From: Ylistrum balloti
Lineage: Eukaryota
NCBI RefSeq assembly: GCF_031769215.1
Contig: NW_026782290.1
Span: 186,001-250,000, forward strand
Direction of reading: 5' to 3'
Length of the DNA: 64,000 bases
A program made the translations under genes and the position numbers. Numbering within the stretch: position 1 is the first letter of the stretch; each line of letters starts with the position of its first letter. The notes beneath the pieces were generated by a model. That model had not been told where the DNA came from. It saw nothing but the letters and a program-made list of their open reading frames with translations, and did no database searches. Shown here piece by piece: positions 26,497 to 38,881 of this stretch.

Positions 26497-29444
26497 TCAA
26501 ACATTGGATACCCCATCAATTGTCTTCTGGCGACTACAGGAAAACCTAATCCATCCCCTGAACAGGAAGTAACCCAGAGACAGTCCTCCAATAGTCAATA
26601 TCGGGATGACAATTCGTGTCACCAGAACTGTCGTCCTGACCCTGGTCCTGCAACAAGAATGTTCTCATTATGTTTTTTTTTCTTTTTTGTTTTTGTGAAG
26701 GGTCAAAGAATATCAACATTTTAACTTTGATTTGACTTGACAAACATTTGAAATGATTTATTTCTACAGAAGGACTGTCCTCCAATTTCAGCAATTAGTA
26801 CAAAGCGAAGATAAGGGATATACATTTTTGTACTTCAGGTAATTAAGAATGATGCGTAGATTTGTTATTAGAGACAGAACTTTTAAAATCTACTTACGTA
26901 TTCGATTCTCTGATTTCACTGTCGTTCCCGTTCACAACAACAAACAACAGCACCACTGTAAAAGTGTAATACATATTTGCAATTAATACAGGAGAACTTG
27001 ATCACTTGTGCTCATTACATAATGACCTTATCAACAGCCCACTTATCAACAATAGCCGTTCATGAAAATTGTCACGATATATAAATTTGCCGTGATACCA
27101 GTTACTCACATTTTACAAATCATGGCGGCTTGAGATATTTTGCTTTTTGTTCCATGTCACGTTCTTCGATAAAGGACGTAACTCTTCAAGTCTTGAACTC
27201 ATTTAAGGGATGACATGATACTTAACATGTACAATCTCATAGTACATAATGGTTAAAACGGAACAAAACATAAGTATGTTTGTGATAGATAAAAAGGTGA
27301 GCTCCTTTCTACAGTGTATTACGTGAATGATTTTGTGATTAGGAATAAAAGAATGCACAAGAAATGTACTGGAGACAATTAAATACACTTAATAGATTAG
27401 ACAAATTTATTAATGCACTCTAACCTCTTCTCTAGATATTGTTTGAAATAGCCACCTACTAACAGTTACATCATTTTAGTGACTGCGACTTTTCACCGAA
27501 TGGCCCGAAAACTTAATAAATTCTAAATATTTATAAGTTTATGCTGTGGTGATTGGCAGTTTTTCAGAGTGTAATATAACGACTGTGGTTTGCACAAACA
27601 CACATTCTTCTCCGTTGTCCTATATCTCGCCCCCTACACGATTGCGTAAAGATTTACGATAGACGTTAGACATGGAGTGTTTTATGACATCGTAGTAAGT
27701 TGTACTAATGAATTCTCGTGGATTTGTTTAAGATATATAACTTTATTGTTATATGAAAGTGGACAAACGATATATAGGCGAATGGCACATGTCATGAAAT
27801 TTAACATAATGTACAGTAGCTGTTTATTGGAGCCTAAATATATGTGTCGACCGAAAAAAATCGATATTGATTGGAGGAAAACAATCATTATATTAGATAG
27901 GTTTGAAACACTTTTTTAAAAGGCGAAAATTGCAACTTTTATATAAGAAAGAGTAAAAGATGCACTTTTATATAAAATGAAACATGAAATAACACCAAAT
28001 TTTCTAAATGTTTTATATAATTTCATGAACTGAATACTTTTCATAAATCTGATAATTTCAGAAAAACGTCAAGAACACGTGTGAATTATTTTTCAATTTT
28101 GCCACTATTCGAATTAATGAAAAAAAAATGGTTCGCAGGTTGAGGCAAAGATTTTTACAAGACACACAAGTGATTATGAAATTTGCCCAATCCCTTTGCA
28201 TTCCCCAAGGCAATAAAACATTCACAGCGAACCAATCAAATGATTTATTTTACTTCAAATTTGTCAACTTCACCATGATATACCGGCGAGAACCGTACTT
28301 GTCCAAAAATAAATACAGTTATCTGCTGTTTGAGTAAATATAAGTACACGTTGGAAAGTAAAATTTATGCTTGTTTTCTTTGTGTAAATATGCTTTGCTG
28401 TCTATATAAATGTGTCTGACAGATTTTAAGTCACGACTCGATTAACGGTACAATATGAGGGTCAGTCAGAACCAAGGAAACTATTCTAGGTAGGTATCGT
28501 GAAACTTAGCCTTAGACAAGGGACATTGATCACGCTCATTCTTGTTAATTCGTCAACTTGTCGTCGCGATGTGTTGGCGTGCTTTCGCTCTGACAGTTGA
28601 GAGTTTACACATGAATAAAAAAAAATGAATAAGATGGATTGTTCAATGCGGCCATTAAAATTCGTACTTAAACCGCTTTAATGCAATAATACAATGCGTG
28701 CTTGTAAACAGATATCCGGTAAAAAACAAACCAAAATCCGGGGTTAACAATTCTGGTTTGTACGTATCATAGGTTCTTCGCGTCCTAAAAAAATTATAAA
28801 GAACTCTTTAAAAATGACACAAGTGAAAAATATGAATGAATAAAGAACTGTTGTTTGAGTAAACTGAAATCATGTATATATCATGCATGATTCAGGCCTG
28901 GATTTCGAATTTTAATAATTGTTCAAAAATTACGTTATTCAGTGTAACCATTTTAAATAGGAATCGGTACATTTTTTTAACGCCGGAATACGACATTATG
29001 AAATCACGACAAATAACAGAGTTGACATTTTGAAATCGCATCACAAATTTCCGTGTAATCTTTTCCTTCGGTTGTTACATTCCTATACAGCTACACTGAC
29101 TACCGCGTCTGTCGCTCCTTCACCGTCTTATCCGGATACCAACGGGTCGTCTTGTCGAGATCGAGTTATAGAGAACACGACATTTTTATTATTTCGTCCT
29201 AAGTAGTTACAGGGACGTACAGAAAGTTAAAGTAATGATGCATTGTAGTTCATTGTTATAACGACAGGAGCAAATACACAGAAAAACTAACTTTACGGTT
29301 AGTGGCCGTTGTATACAATAATTTTTAACACTACATTTAACACAATGGAATGCAATTACCACGACACAACAATGATGATATATAGCGGGACAATCGCCAA
29401 CTGGAGCGAACAAAATTATTTTTGCGACCCCGGTGGACGAACAT
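26497..29444 (-). CDS. Small single-pass membrane protein (about 97 aa, unnamed); exons 29444-29360, 26955-26898, 26647-26497
   Basis: Good splice sites (gtg|gtaatt; ttttacag| ... ac|gtaagt; ttcttgttgcag|) join in phase (1,2) to give MFVHRGRKNNFVRSSWRLSRYISSLLCRVVLLFVVVNG-NDSEIRESNTTRVRTT-VLVTRIVIPILTIGGLSLGYFLF-RGWIRFSCSRQKTIDGVSNV*. This reads as a signal-like segment, a short ectodomain with two N-glycosylation sequons, a TM segment and a basic stop-transfer sequence. Confidence 0.6.
27884..28015 (+). mobile_element. Short second copy of part of the CR1 LINE (matches about 24665-24780) with an internal duplication
   Basis: Shared strings tcattatatta, ggttt(g)gaaacactttt, aaaaggcg.aaattgcaacttttatataa, aatgaaacatgaaa.aacaccaaattttctaaatgttttat. 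Confidence 0.85.
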
Positions 29445-30280
29445 TTGACGATTAAAATAAATACCTGTATCTGCTGGATGTCAAATGTGTAAAGAAAATG
29501 ATTTAATGATATAAAACGGGTAAATTTCCGCGTGACCACCAAATCAAATTTTCATTGCTCCGTAAATAACTATTGTATATATCCATGGTCACTAATTAAA
29601 AAAATGGAGAATATAAATACCTAGGAAACACAGATGATTCCAATTCGTCAGCCATCTTTTAGAATCCATGATATCAACTGGAAGAAAACATGACTTTCTT
29701 CGTCAAGCATCACATGCTTAAAATGTACTGAAACCTTTTGACAAAACCAGCTGAGAACACTTGTCTCTCCCAGTTATCCCCATAGTGTTCGATCTAGTCC
29801 AGCATTACATGGTAGAGGTGATGATTACACGTTCGGGCGGAGATTATAGTGAAATCCGGTAGTATTTCGTCTTATAACATGTCCAGACGTCACCACACTT
29901 TCACTAATTCAATTAAGGGTTACACGACAAGGGATATTATTTATATATATACTTTGTATCTACCTTAGTCTTGTGTACAGGTGAACTCACTAGGCGCTGT
30001 GAGGGTGTAGTATGTACACAGTACACGAGCACTGTTGCCAAATTAATACGGGCATTTTAAAGTGATTTCTATTGAAAATATCGTGATTTGACAATACTTG
30101 TAGATAAAAGCCATGTCGATCTAATAGACATATTGGCTAACGTATTTATACGTGAACGACAGATTTGACTGAAAAATACATGGAGATACATTTAATTTTT
30201 TTGTGTTTGTAATGACCCAAAAGTGACATAATATTGAAGTATGTTAAAAGTTACAATCTACACTGGATTTTAGGATTTTA

Positions 30281-30797
30281 ACTAACATCCGTGTTACGGA
30301 CATAACAAACACCCGTGTTACGGACATAACAAATGTTACTAACAAACACCCGTGTTATGGACATAACAAATGTTACTAACAAACAACCGTGTTACGAACA
30401 TAACAAATGTTACTAACAAACACCCGTTACGGACATATCAAACACCCATGTTACGGACATACCAAATGTTAATAACAAACACCTGTGTTACGGACATAAC
30501 AAATGTTACTAACAAACACCCGTGTTACGGACATAACAAATATTACTTACAAACACCCGTGTTACGGACATAACAAATGTTACTAACAAACACCCGTGTT
30601 ATGGACATAACAAACACCCGTGTTACGGACATAACAAATGTTAATAACAAACACCCATGTTATGGACATAACAAACACCCATGTTATGGACATAGCGAAA
30701 GTTTATAGCAAAGACGCGTGTTACGGACATAATAAATATTTACAACAAACATCCTTGTTACGGATATAACTAAAACTTGCGTTATTGACATACTAAT
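30281..30797. repeat. 24/37-bp minisatellite (AACAAACACCCGTGTTACGGACAT with or without AACAAATGTTACT)
   Basis: Tandem units seen directly. Each intact unit contains the interrupted palindrome CCGT-GTT-ACGG. Confidence 0.95.
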
Positions 30798-32736
30798 GAG
30801 AAGATAGAAGACATTATCATTATAAATACAATACATGTTATGACTTTGAGAGTTTGAGCACACTGTTTCGGGGTTGCTACCTTAAACCGAGTGCCAAATC
30901 AATGGCACGTGCTTCAGCAGAGAATATAGAATTATCAACAGGAAGACAATGGAAGCGCTATAGTTCCCGGTACAGCATATTGAAGCAACTCGTTTCCCGT
31001 TTTTGAATCGTCTGTGTATCAGTTCAGAGAAACTTGCTTCCATTACATGTATCTGGAATAGTGTGACCAAATTGTTGAATCATGGCTAAATAACTTAAAC
31101 CTGTTTAATAGTCGACGGCGGGACAGCAGAATTTCGTTTTAAACAATGTCTGAAAACCAAACACACAGATCATGAACTTATAAACTTAATGTTGGAATAT
31201 GTTTTTTTTTTCGTTTTGGTTGAGGTTATTTTTCATAGTTTGGATTGAAATGTGCTTGATTGAATGCCGGTTTTTGATGATTTAATTTCAGCTGTGCTGC
31301 ACCAGTCCAAGTAGTGAAGACGTGTTAGCGGCATGAACTTTGATGGACTTTGATATCGTTTGTTTTATCACAGTTCATCTGTGCATTAATCTGCCTTATT
31401 GATTTCCTTCTCGCAAAATGTTTGGAACAATGACTAATCTGTTTTGAACATGTTTCCCCGAGGTGGAGGTTCATCAAGTAGTGACCTGTTGTGATCACTC
31501 TCACACTTACACTCCAGTTAGAGATAGTTTGAGAGGGTAGCAGAATGACAGGTCAATGTGTGTCAGTGACCCTTTGGCTGGGTGTAAGTAAGTGAGACTC
31601 TTGTTGTTGAACAGGCACAGATGCTTTTTGATGCATTTCTCAAAGCGCCCGCTTCTTAGAACTATAATTGGGGAACTCATCCGACAATTAAACTCCTTTA
31701 TGATATAACAAGATGCTGGGAGGTGACTAATGGATCGCTTAACCCGTAATTCCTAATTGTTAGGGTATCATGGCATATCGTTACATCAAGGTTGTGTATA
31801 GCAAATATATTTATATAAAGGGTATCTATATTGAGTACACTCGCGTCCACGCCCACTTTCTCTGATGTTTGCTGAGAAGAATGATCACGATACTGACAGA
31901 CAATATTAGAATTGTGGAATCTATTGTTCTAGGTGTGATACACCAGCTTAGAAACGTCAATCTGAGGACAAAATCCTTAAATAAGTACTGACTTTATCTC
32001 ATGATTCACTCCTACATAAACGGGTACTCTGGGGTCAATAACTGTGGTTTGAGTTTGTACCAAACACGTGTAACAAAAAAAATTACAGTTAAAAAACCTA
32101 ATCTAATTACAGCATTGTATTGCATTTAAATCCCCGCCGATCATTGTTAATGTAAACATATCATGTATCGTTTAGATCAATCTATTATCCTCATACAAAA
32201 ACGTTAACAGTTATGTCGTGCGAACTCGTCGCCATTGGGCAAAAAAACACCAGTCACGCTTCACATAACACGAAGCACAGATACAGGTTCAAGTCCATAT
32301 TAAACATCGAATGAATGATTGTTTTTTTCTATTTGACATGAACACCAAAAGTTCCGTAACATTATGATATTATGTTAATGTATTTGTCGTTGGCGTGAAT
32401 ATGCACATGTACTGATGAGCTATTAGGATAAGCATGATAAAAATTGATAGAAAAGTATATCAGGGGTTATTTTAAACAGCTTTGTTCACGTGTATATGTG
32501 TATTGTGTACAATGATGGTCCGCCGATTGCACAGGGGCCCATTGTTAATTGTGACGTAGCTCGAACTAACGACACCTAAGTATTGTAATCTAGAATGAAT
32601 ATACTTGTTTACGATTTAAAGGGTAGAGTACCGAGGGCTTGTTCTACCAGGGTGAAGAGTTATGGTGTTTATTTTAACTTATTTTATCTGCGACATTTAT
32701 AACAGATAGCTGGTTTATGAAGTTTCGTTGATAATT

Positions 32737-35700
32737 ATGAAGACTCATTATCACAATGGATGGATTTTATTAATTAGTGTACTGACTGTTATAGGTAAGT
32801 AGACTAGGCTTAAATAATTTGTTCCAGAGTTATAAATGACGTTTATATGTTTAATGGTTAACCAAAGAATTATCTTATCTGTCTGTTTCGATGTTTCTCC
32901 GATACTATTCCTTAAGTTCTGCCTCTGGACACTTGTCACAAATACAGAAGTTCTGCCACTGGACACTGGTCACAAACACAGAAGTTCTGCCACTGGACAC
33001 TGGTCACAAACACATAAGTTCTGCCACTGGACACTGGTCACAAATACAGAAGTGCTGCCACTTGACACTTGTCACAAACACAGAAGTTCTGCCACTGGAC
33101 ACTGGTCACAAACACAGAAGTTCTACCACTGGACACTGGTCACAAACACATAAGTTCTGCCACTGGACACTGGTCACAAATACAGAAGTTCTGCCACTGG
33201 ACACTTGTCACAAACACAGAAGTTCTGCCACTGGACACTGGTCACAAACACATAAGTTCTGCCACTGGACACTGGTCAAAAACACATAAGTTCTGCCACT
33301 GGACACTGGTCACAAACACATAAGTTCTGCCACTGGATACTGGTCACAAATACAGAAGTTCTGCCACTTGACACTTGTCACAAACACAGAAGTTCTGCCA
33401 CTGGACACTGGTCACAAACACATAAGTTCTGCCACTGGACACTGGTCAAAAACACATAAGTTCTGCCACTGGACACTGGTCACAAACACATAAGTTCTGC
33501 CACTGGATACTGGTCACAAATACAGAAGTTCTGCCACTTGACACTTGTCATAAACACAGAAGTTCTGCCACTGGACACTGGTCACAAACACATAAGTTCT
33601 GCCACTGGACACTGGTCAAAAACACATAAGTTCTGCCAATGGACACTGGTCACAAACACAGAAGTTCTGCCACTGGACACTGGTCACAAACACAGAAGTT
33701 CTGCCAATGGACACTGATCACAAACACATAAGTTCTGCCACTGGACACTTGTCACAAACACAGAAGTTCTACCACTGGACACTGGTCACAAACACATAAG
33801 TTCTGCCACTGGACACTGGTCACAAACACAGAAGTTCTGCCACTGGACACTGGTCACAAACACATAAGTTCTGCCACTGGACACTTGTCACAAATACAGA
33901 AGTTCTGCCACTTGACACTTGTCACAAACACATAAGTTCTGCCACTGGACACTGGTCACAAATACAGAAGTTCTGCCACTGGACACTTGTCACAAACACA
34001 TAAGTTCTGCCACTGGACACTTGTCACAAATACAGAAGTTCTGCCACTGGACACTGGTCACAAACACATAAGTTCTGCCACTGGACACTGGTCACAAATA
34101 CAGAAGTTCTGCCATTTGACACTTGTCACAAACACAGAAGTTCTGCCACTGGACACTGGTCACAAACACATAAGTTCTGCCACTGGACACTGGTCAAAAA
34201 CACATAAGTTCTGCCAATGGACACTGGTCACAGACACAGAAGTTCTGCCACTGGACACTGGTCACAAACACAGAAGTTCTGCCAATGGACACTGGTTACA
34301 AACACATAAGTTCTACCACTGGACACTGGTCACAAACACATAAGTTCTACCACTGGACACTGGTCACAAACACATAAGTTCTGCCACTGGACACTGGTCA
34401 AAAACACATAAGTTCTGCCACTGGACACTGGTCACAAACACATAAGTTCTACCACTGGACACTGATCACAAGCACATAAGTTCTACCACTGGACACTGGT
34501 CACAAACACATAAGTTCTGCCACTGGACACTGGTCACAAACACATAAGTTCTGCCACTGGACACTGGTCACAAACACATAAGGTCTGCCACTGGACACTG
34601 GTCACAAACACAGATCCAAACTCCGGGCACTCACTCCGTATCATTTCCTGTTTAAAACTTTATAATTATTTCACATTCTACGTTAAACAAGAACTTTCTT
34701 GGTATTAACACGCTTGTTTTCAATTCTAAAACGTTAGTGAAGGGCACAAGATTCTGCAGCTATAAATGATTAAAAAGATAACCTAAAAATTGCAAATAAA
34801 TAAAATGAGATGTTTAGTAATGAATTGGAAGAGCAATCACTCCAACAAACACAAATAAATATACTATATCATACATACACACGGCACATAATCTTTTGTA
34901 AGCATGTGTAGTCACCGTTTTGCTGTCGAATATATTTTTAAAAAATTCCCTTTTAAGTATCGATATATCGATAGAAGAGGGATATGTCTTTCCAGTCACA
35001 AGATGGAAATATTTGGTTGGGGGGGAGCTGAAATGATATCAAATGACCATCGGTAATATCGTTCCGATGTATTGCTTACTGATTTCATCATTGAACGTAT
35101 CGTTGTATTCATCAAACCAATTGAAATACTTAATTGAAAGTTTACTTCCCGTCACGCACATGTACCTGTTTATACAGCTACGAAACTTAGAAAACTTAAT
35201 TACACTTACCTTTGTTTCTAGATCATAGAAATTTTATTATCCAACATGGATATTACTAAGTGAGTTGTTGAATATTCTACAACACAGTTACTATATTTCA
35301 AGGTGTTTTTTATTCGGTTCTTTCTTGCAGGTCGTTGTAGAGGAGGCGACCTTTGTTATGACAGTATAGAAGAGAAATACAACTACTGTAGTGGCTACTG
35401 CTGTGGAAAAGGAGACGAATGCTGTACGAAGTAAGTTGTTATTTTTTCTTCGTTAGGGCCGCGATAGCTAGGTTTGTAGAACCGAAGACAGGTACAGATC
35501 CGAGATTTGTAGTTCGACCCCTAATAACAGGTGTAGATCCGAGATTTGTAGTTCGATCCCTACTCACATGTGTAGATCCGAGATTTGTAGTTCAACCCCT
35601 AATCACAGATACAGATCCGAGATTTGTAGTTCGATCCCTACTCACATATGTAGATCCGAGATTTGTAGTTCGATCCCTACTCACATATGTAGATCCGAGA

Positions 35701-37743
35701 TTTGTAGTTCAACCCCTAATCACAGATACAGATCCGAGATTTGTAGTTCGATCCCTACTCACATATGTAGATCCGAGATTTGTAGTTCAACCCCTAATCA
35801 CAGATACAGATCCGAGATTTGTAGTTCGATCCCTACTCACATATGTAGATCCGAGATTTGTAGTTCGATCCCTACTCACATGTGTAGATCCGAGATTTGT
35901 AGTTCGATCCCTAATCATAGGTACAGATCCAAGATTTGTAGTTCGAACCCTTATAACAGGTGTAGATCCGAGATTTGTAGTTCGATCCCTACTCACAGGT
36001 GTAGATCCGAGATTTGTAGTTCAACCCCTAATCACAGATACAGATCCGAGATTTGTAGTTCGATCCCTACTCACATATGTAGATCCGAGATTTGTAGTTC
36101 GATCCCTAATCATAGGTACAGATCCAACATTTGTAGTTCGAACCCTTATAACAGGTGTAGATCCGAGATTTGTAGTTCGATCCCTACTCACAGGTGTAGA
36201 TCCGAGATTTGTAGTTCAACCCCTAATCACAGATACAGATCCGAGATTTGTAGTTCGATCCCTACTCACATATGTAGATCCGAGATTTGTAGTTCGATCC
36301 CTACTCATAGGTACAGATCCAACATTTGTAGTTCGAACCCTTATAACAGGTGTAGATCCGAGATTTGTAGTTCGACCCCTACTCACAGGTGTGAATTTGT
36401 TGAAAAATGTAACGTAATATAAGTTTTATATTTGTTTCAATATTTATTCAATATTTATTAACTAAGTTTATTTCCGACGCTTTTTGCCGCTCTCAGTGCT
36501 GATTTGAAGAGTCCATGAAGGACAATGGCATGTTCAAAATACACAACATTTGTCCGTCTTTTCAAATTTACTGTCTCACTGAATTGATACAAGTTATAGA
36601 TACACGGTTATTGCATCTGACATATAACCAATCAATGGTGATAGATCGTAAGTATGTATATAGTCTTTACTATGTGGAGACAAAAGTTTAGAAAAATGAC
36701 TGAATAGTTCTTATTTATCCCCCATCTTCATCGTTATTCGTTTAATTGGACAAGTTATAATAAATCATTACAATTTTTTTTTTTAATTTCACGTTACTGG
36801 AAACGAAAAATTAAGAAAAGCAACGAATTATTGTTTCAATCATTGATTCATTTATTTTACAGAGACGTTGGAGGATTAGTGGGCGTGGCCATTGCAATAA
36901 CCGTCGGAATCATTGCTATAATAGTATTTTCTGTCTGTATATGTTGCATGTTCGCAAAAACGTCACGTGATTCAGCTAGAATGCGAACATCAGCAATCCA
37001 CCCCAGAAACCTTGACGATAGTTTCAAGCATACAACTTCCGTTTGTAAGTAAATCAGGTCTCCATACGTTGTACATTAGACGAGTACGACACTAAAAATT
37101 CAGATAACATAGAATTCTTCAAATCCGAACAGTTTCAAAATGGGTCTTTAGACTTGTAACGTTACGATAAAAAATTCTCGAGTAGACAGAAGGTAAATGC
37201 AGTCCAATGGCTCATCACATCCTATGCAACGAGGAATACCTATAATTTGAGAAGGAACAAATATTGGGGTGAAGATAGGGATAGACGGCGCTCATCTTTA
37301 CTGTGTCTATGCAATTAAATAAATTTAATCCAGAAACAGTTTTATAAATTTTGAATCTTTAATTTCTGTTGTTTTCGCTGAACCCATTTATCGTACATAT
37401 ATTACAAAGACGACATAAATGTTTTTTTACCACCAATTTAAAAAAGAAATGATTGTTTTGTTTTTTTCAACATTATTTTTAAATATGTGTAACCCGTAAC
37501 AGTCATTTTTAAACGATATTTTCTGTTTCAGCTTATACTACAACCACTACATCATGTCCTAGCTGCCAAAACCGGTACCAAAATGGAGTGTTCACCTACA
37601 CATTACCGGCGAGCTTCCATTTAACCCGTGAATGCCCTTCTTTGTCTTTGTCTCCGATCTCACCTCCTCCTCCCATGTCTCCAATTTACCCTCCCCCGTA
37701 CGATGAGAGGTCCGAGTCACCACCAAAGTATTTAAGTGATTAA
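32737..37743 (+). CDS. Shisa-like/CYYR1/WBP1-type (STMC6) single-pass membrane adaptor, 183 aa; exons 32737-32794, 35331-35430, 36863-37044, 37532-37743
   Basis: Spliced: MKTHYHNGWILLISVLTVIG|RCRGGDLCYDSIEEKYNYCSGYCCGKGDECCTK|DVGGLVGVAIAITVGIIAIIVFSVCICCMFAKTSR...|SYTT...SPPPPMSPIYPPPYDERSESPPKYLSD*. It has a signal peptide, a C-C-C-CC-CC ectodomain, a TM segment followed by CxCC, and a Pro-rich tail with PPPY and PPKY. All three donors are gtaagt and the phases are 1,2,1. Confidence 0.88.
32913..34613. repeat. 34-bp minisatellite, about 50 copies (AAGTTCTGCCACTGGACACTGGTCACAAACACA[G/T]), in intron 1 of the Shisa-like gene
   Basis: Tandem units seen directly. The 34-nt period explains why the ORF-track peptides cycle through three frames. 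Confidence 0.97.
35457..35530 (+). pseudogene. tRNA-Tyr(GTA)-like head (SINE or tRNA pseudogene remnant) at the start of the 39-bp array
   Basis: CGATAGCTAGGTTTGTAGAACCGAAGACAGGTACAGATCCGAGATTTGTAGTTCGACCCC aligns by eye with mature eukaryotic tRNA-Tyr CGATAGCTCAGTTGGTAGAGCGGAGGACTGTAGATCCTTAGGTCGCTGGTTCGAATCC (recalled). No acceptor-stem 3' half is evident. Confidence 0.7.
35497..36393 (+). repeat. 39-bp minisatellite, 23 copies, with a 5-unit higher-order repeat, in intron 2 of the Shisa-like gene
   Basis: Unit GATCCGAGATTTGTAGTTCGATCCCTACTCACATATGTA and variants. The 23 units were counted from the DPRF/DPTF motifs in the ORF track. Confidence 0.97.
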
Positions 37744-38321
37744 TAAAATTCTTTGTGAAACTGTGGAAAGGAACGGATAACGCAATCAACGACAATCATC
37801 GGAGTGTGATAACACTTTGAATGAAGTCGTATTTTCACTACTCTATTGAACTGTGTAGACTTTTCATTAACTTCAACTCAACATTTCATCACATATTATC
37901 ACCACAGCAAGATTTCGACGTAATTCAAATGAAAGTGTTGCTTTTCTTTTCTCGTGATTTCCCGTGTAAAAAGTGTTATGATGTTTGGCACATATTTGTA
38001 TAACCTAGGTCATTAGAACTTCCCTTTTTTTATCTTTCTGTCGTCTACTTCCTTTCTGTATAATATTTCTCATATGAAGATTTATAATTGGTATAAAACA
38101 GGCCATCACGTGTTATATGTAGTTATTGTATGTTGTAATACCAGCAGAGAGTCTAGTAACATACAAGAAATTGTGTCCGATCCCTTTGATATAGAGTTAC
38201 CTTAGTATATTTGAATGAACGTATCAAAACATTCATAACAGAAAAGACATGTATAAGCTATGACAGTTTGGTTTAAGATACAAAAGCAATCAGTTTTGTT
38301 AAATTGAAAATACTCACTTTT

Positions 38322-38881
38322 ACGTTCTTGTTTTAATCATCATCCTGTACATTTTAAGCACGTTCTTGTTTTAATCATCATCCTGTACATTTTAAGCACG
38401 TTCTTGTTTTAATCATCATCCTGTACATTTTAAGCACGTTCTTGTTTTAATCATCATCCTGTACATTTTAAGCACGTTCTTGTTTTAATCATCATCCTGT
38501 ACATTTTAAGCACGTTCTTGTTTTAATCATCATCCTGTACATTTTAAGCACGTTCTTGTATTAATCATCATCCTGTACATTTTAAGCACGTTCTTGTTTT
38601 AATCATCATCCTGTACATTTTAAGCACGTTCTTGTTTTAATCATCATCCTGTACATTTTAAGCACGTTCTTGTTTTAATCATCATCCTGTACATTTTAAG
38701 CACGTTCTTGTTTTAATCATCATCCTGTACATTTTAAGCACGTTATTGTTTTAATCATCATCCTGTACATTTTAAGCACGTTCTTGTTTTAATCATCATC
38801 CTGTACATTTTAAGCACGTTCTTGTTTTAATCATTATCCTGTACATTTTAAGCACGTTCTTGTTTTAATCATCATCCTGTA
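38322..38881. repeat. 38-bp minisatellite, about 15 nearly identical copies (ACGTTCTTGTTTTAATCATCATCCTGTACATTTTAAGC)
   Basis: Seen directly. Only 3 single-base variants were noticed. Confidence 0.97.

Noticed and set aside
32836-34343. Cys/His/Trp-rich ORFs in the 34-bp array
   Set aside because: These are frame-cycling translations of an intronic minisatellite.
35457-35530. Functional tRNA-Tyr gene
   Set aside because: The D-arm and anticodon stems are mutated and no complementary 3' acceptor stem or terminator is present.
35497-36393. CRISPR-like repeat-spacer appearance (constant ~20 nt plus variable ~19 nt)
   Set aside because: The variable parts are a few related variants that recur, not unique spacers. 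The context is a eukaryotic intron and there are no cas genes.
35419-36422. 332-aa and 284-aa ORFs (DPRFVVRSLLT.. / CRSEICSS..) as a repeat protein
   Set aside because: They begin in the upstream exon/donor and lie in an intron bounded by strong splice sites. A stop-free 39-nt unit (a multiple of 3) produces long ORFs automatically.
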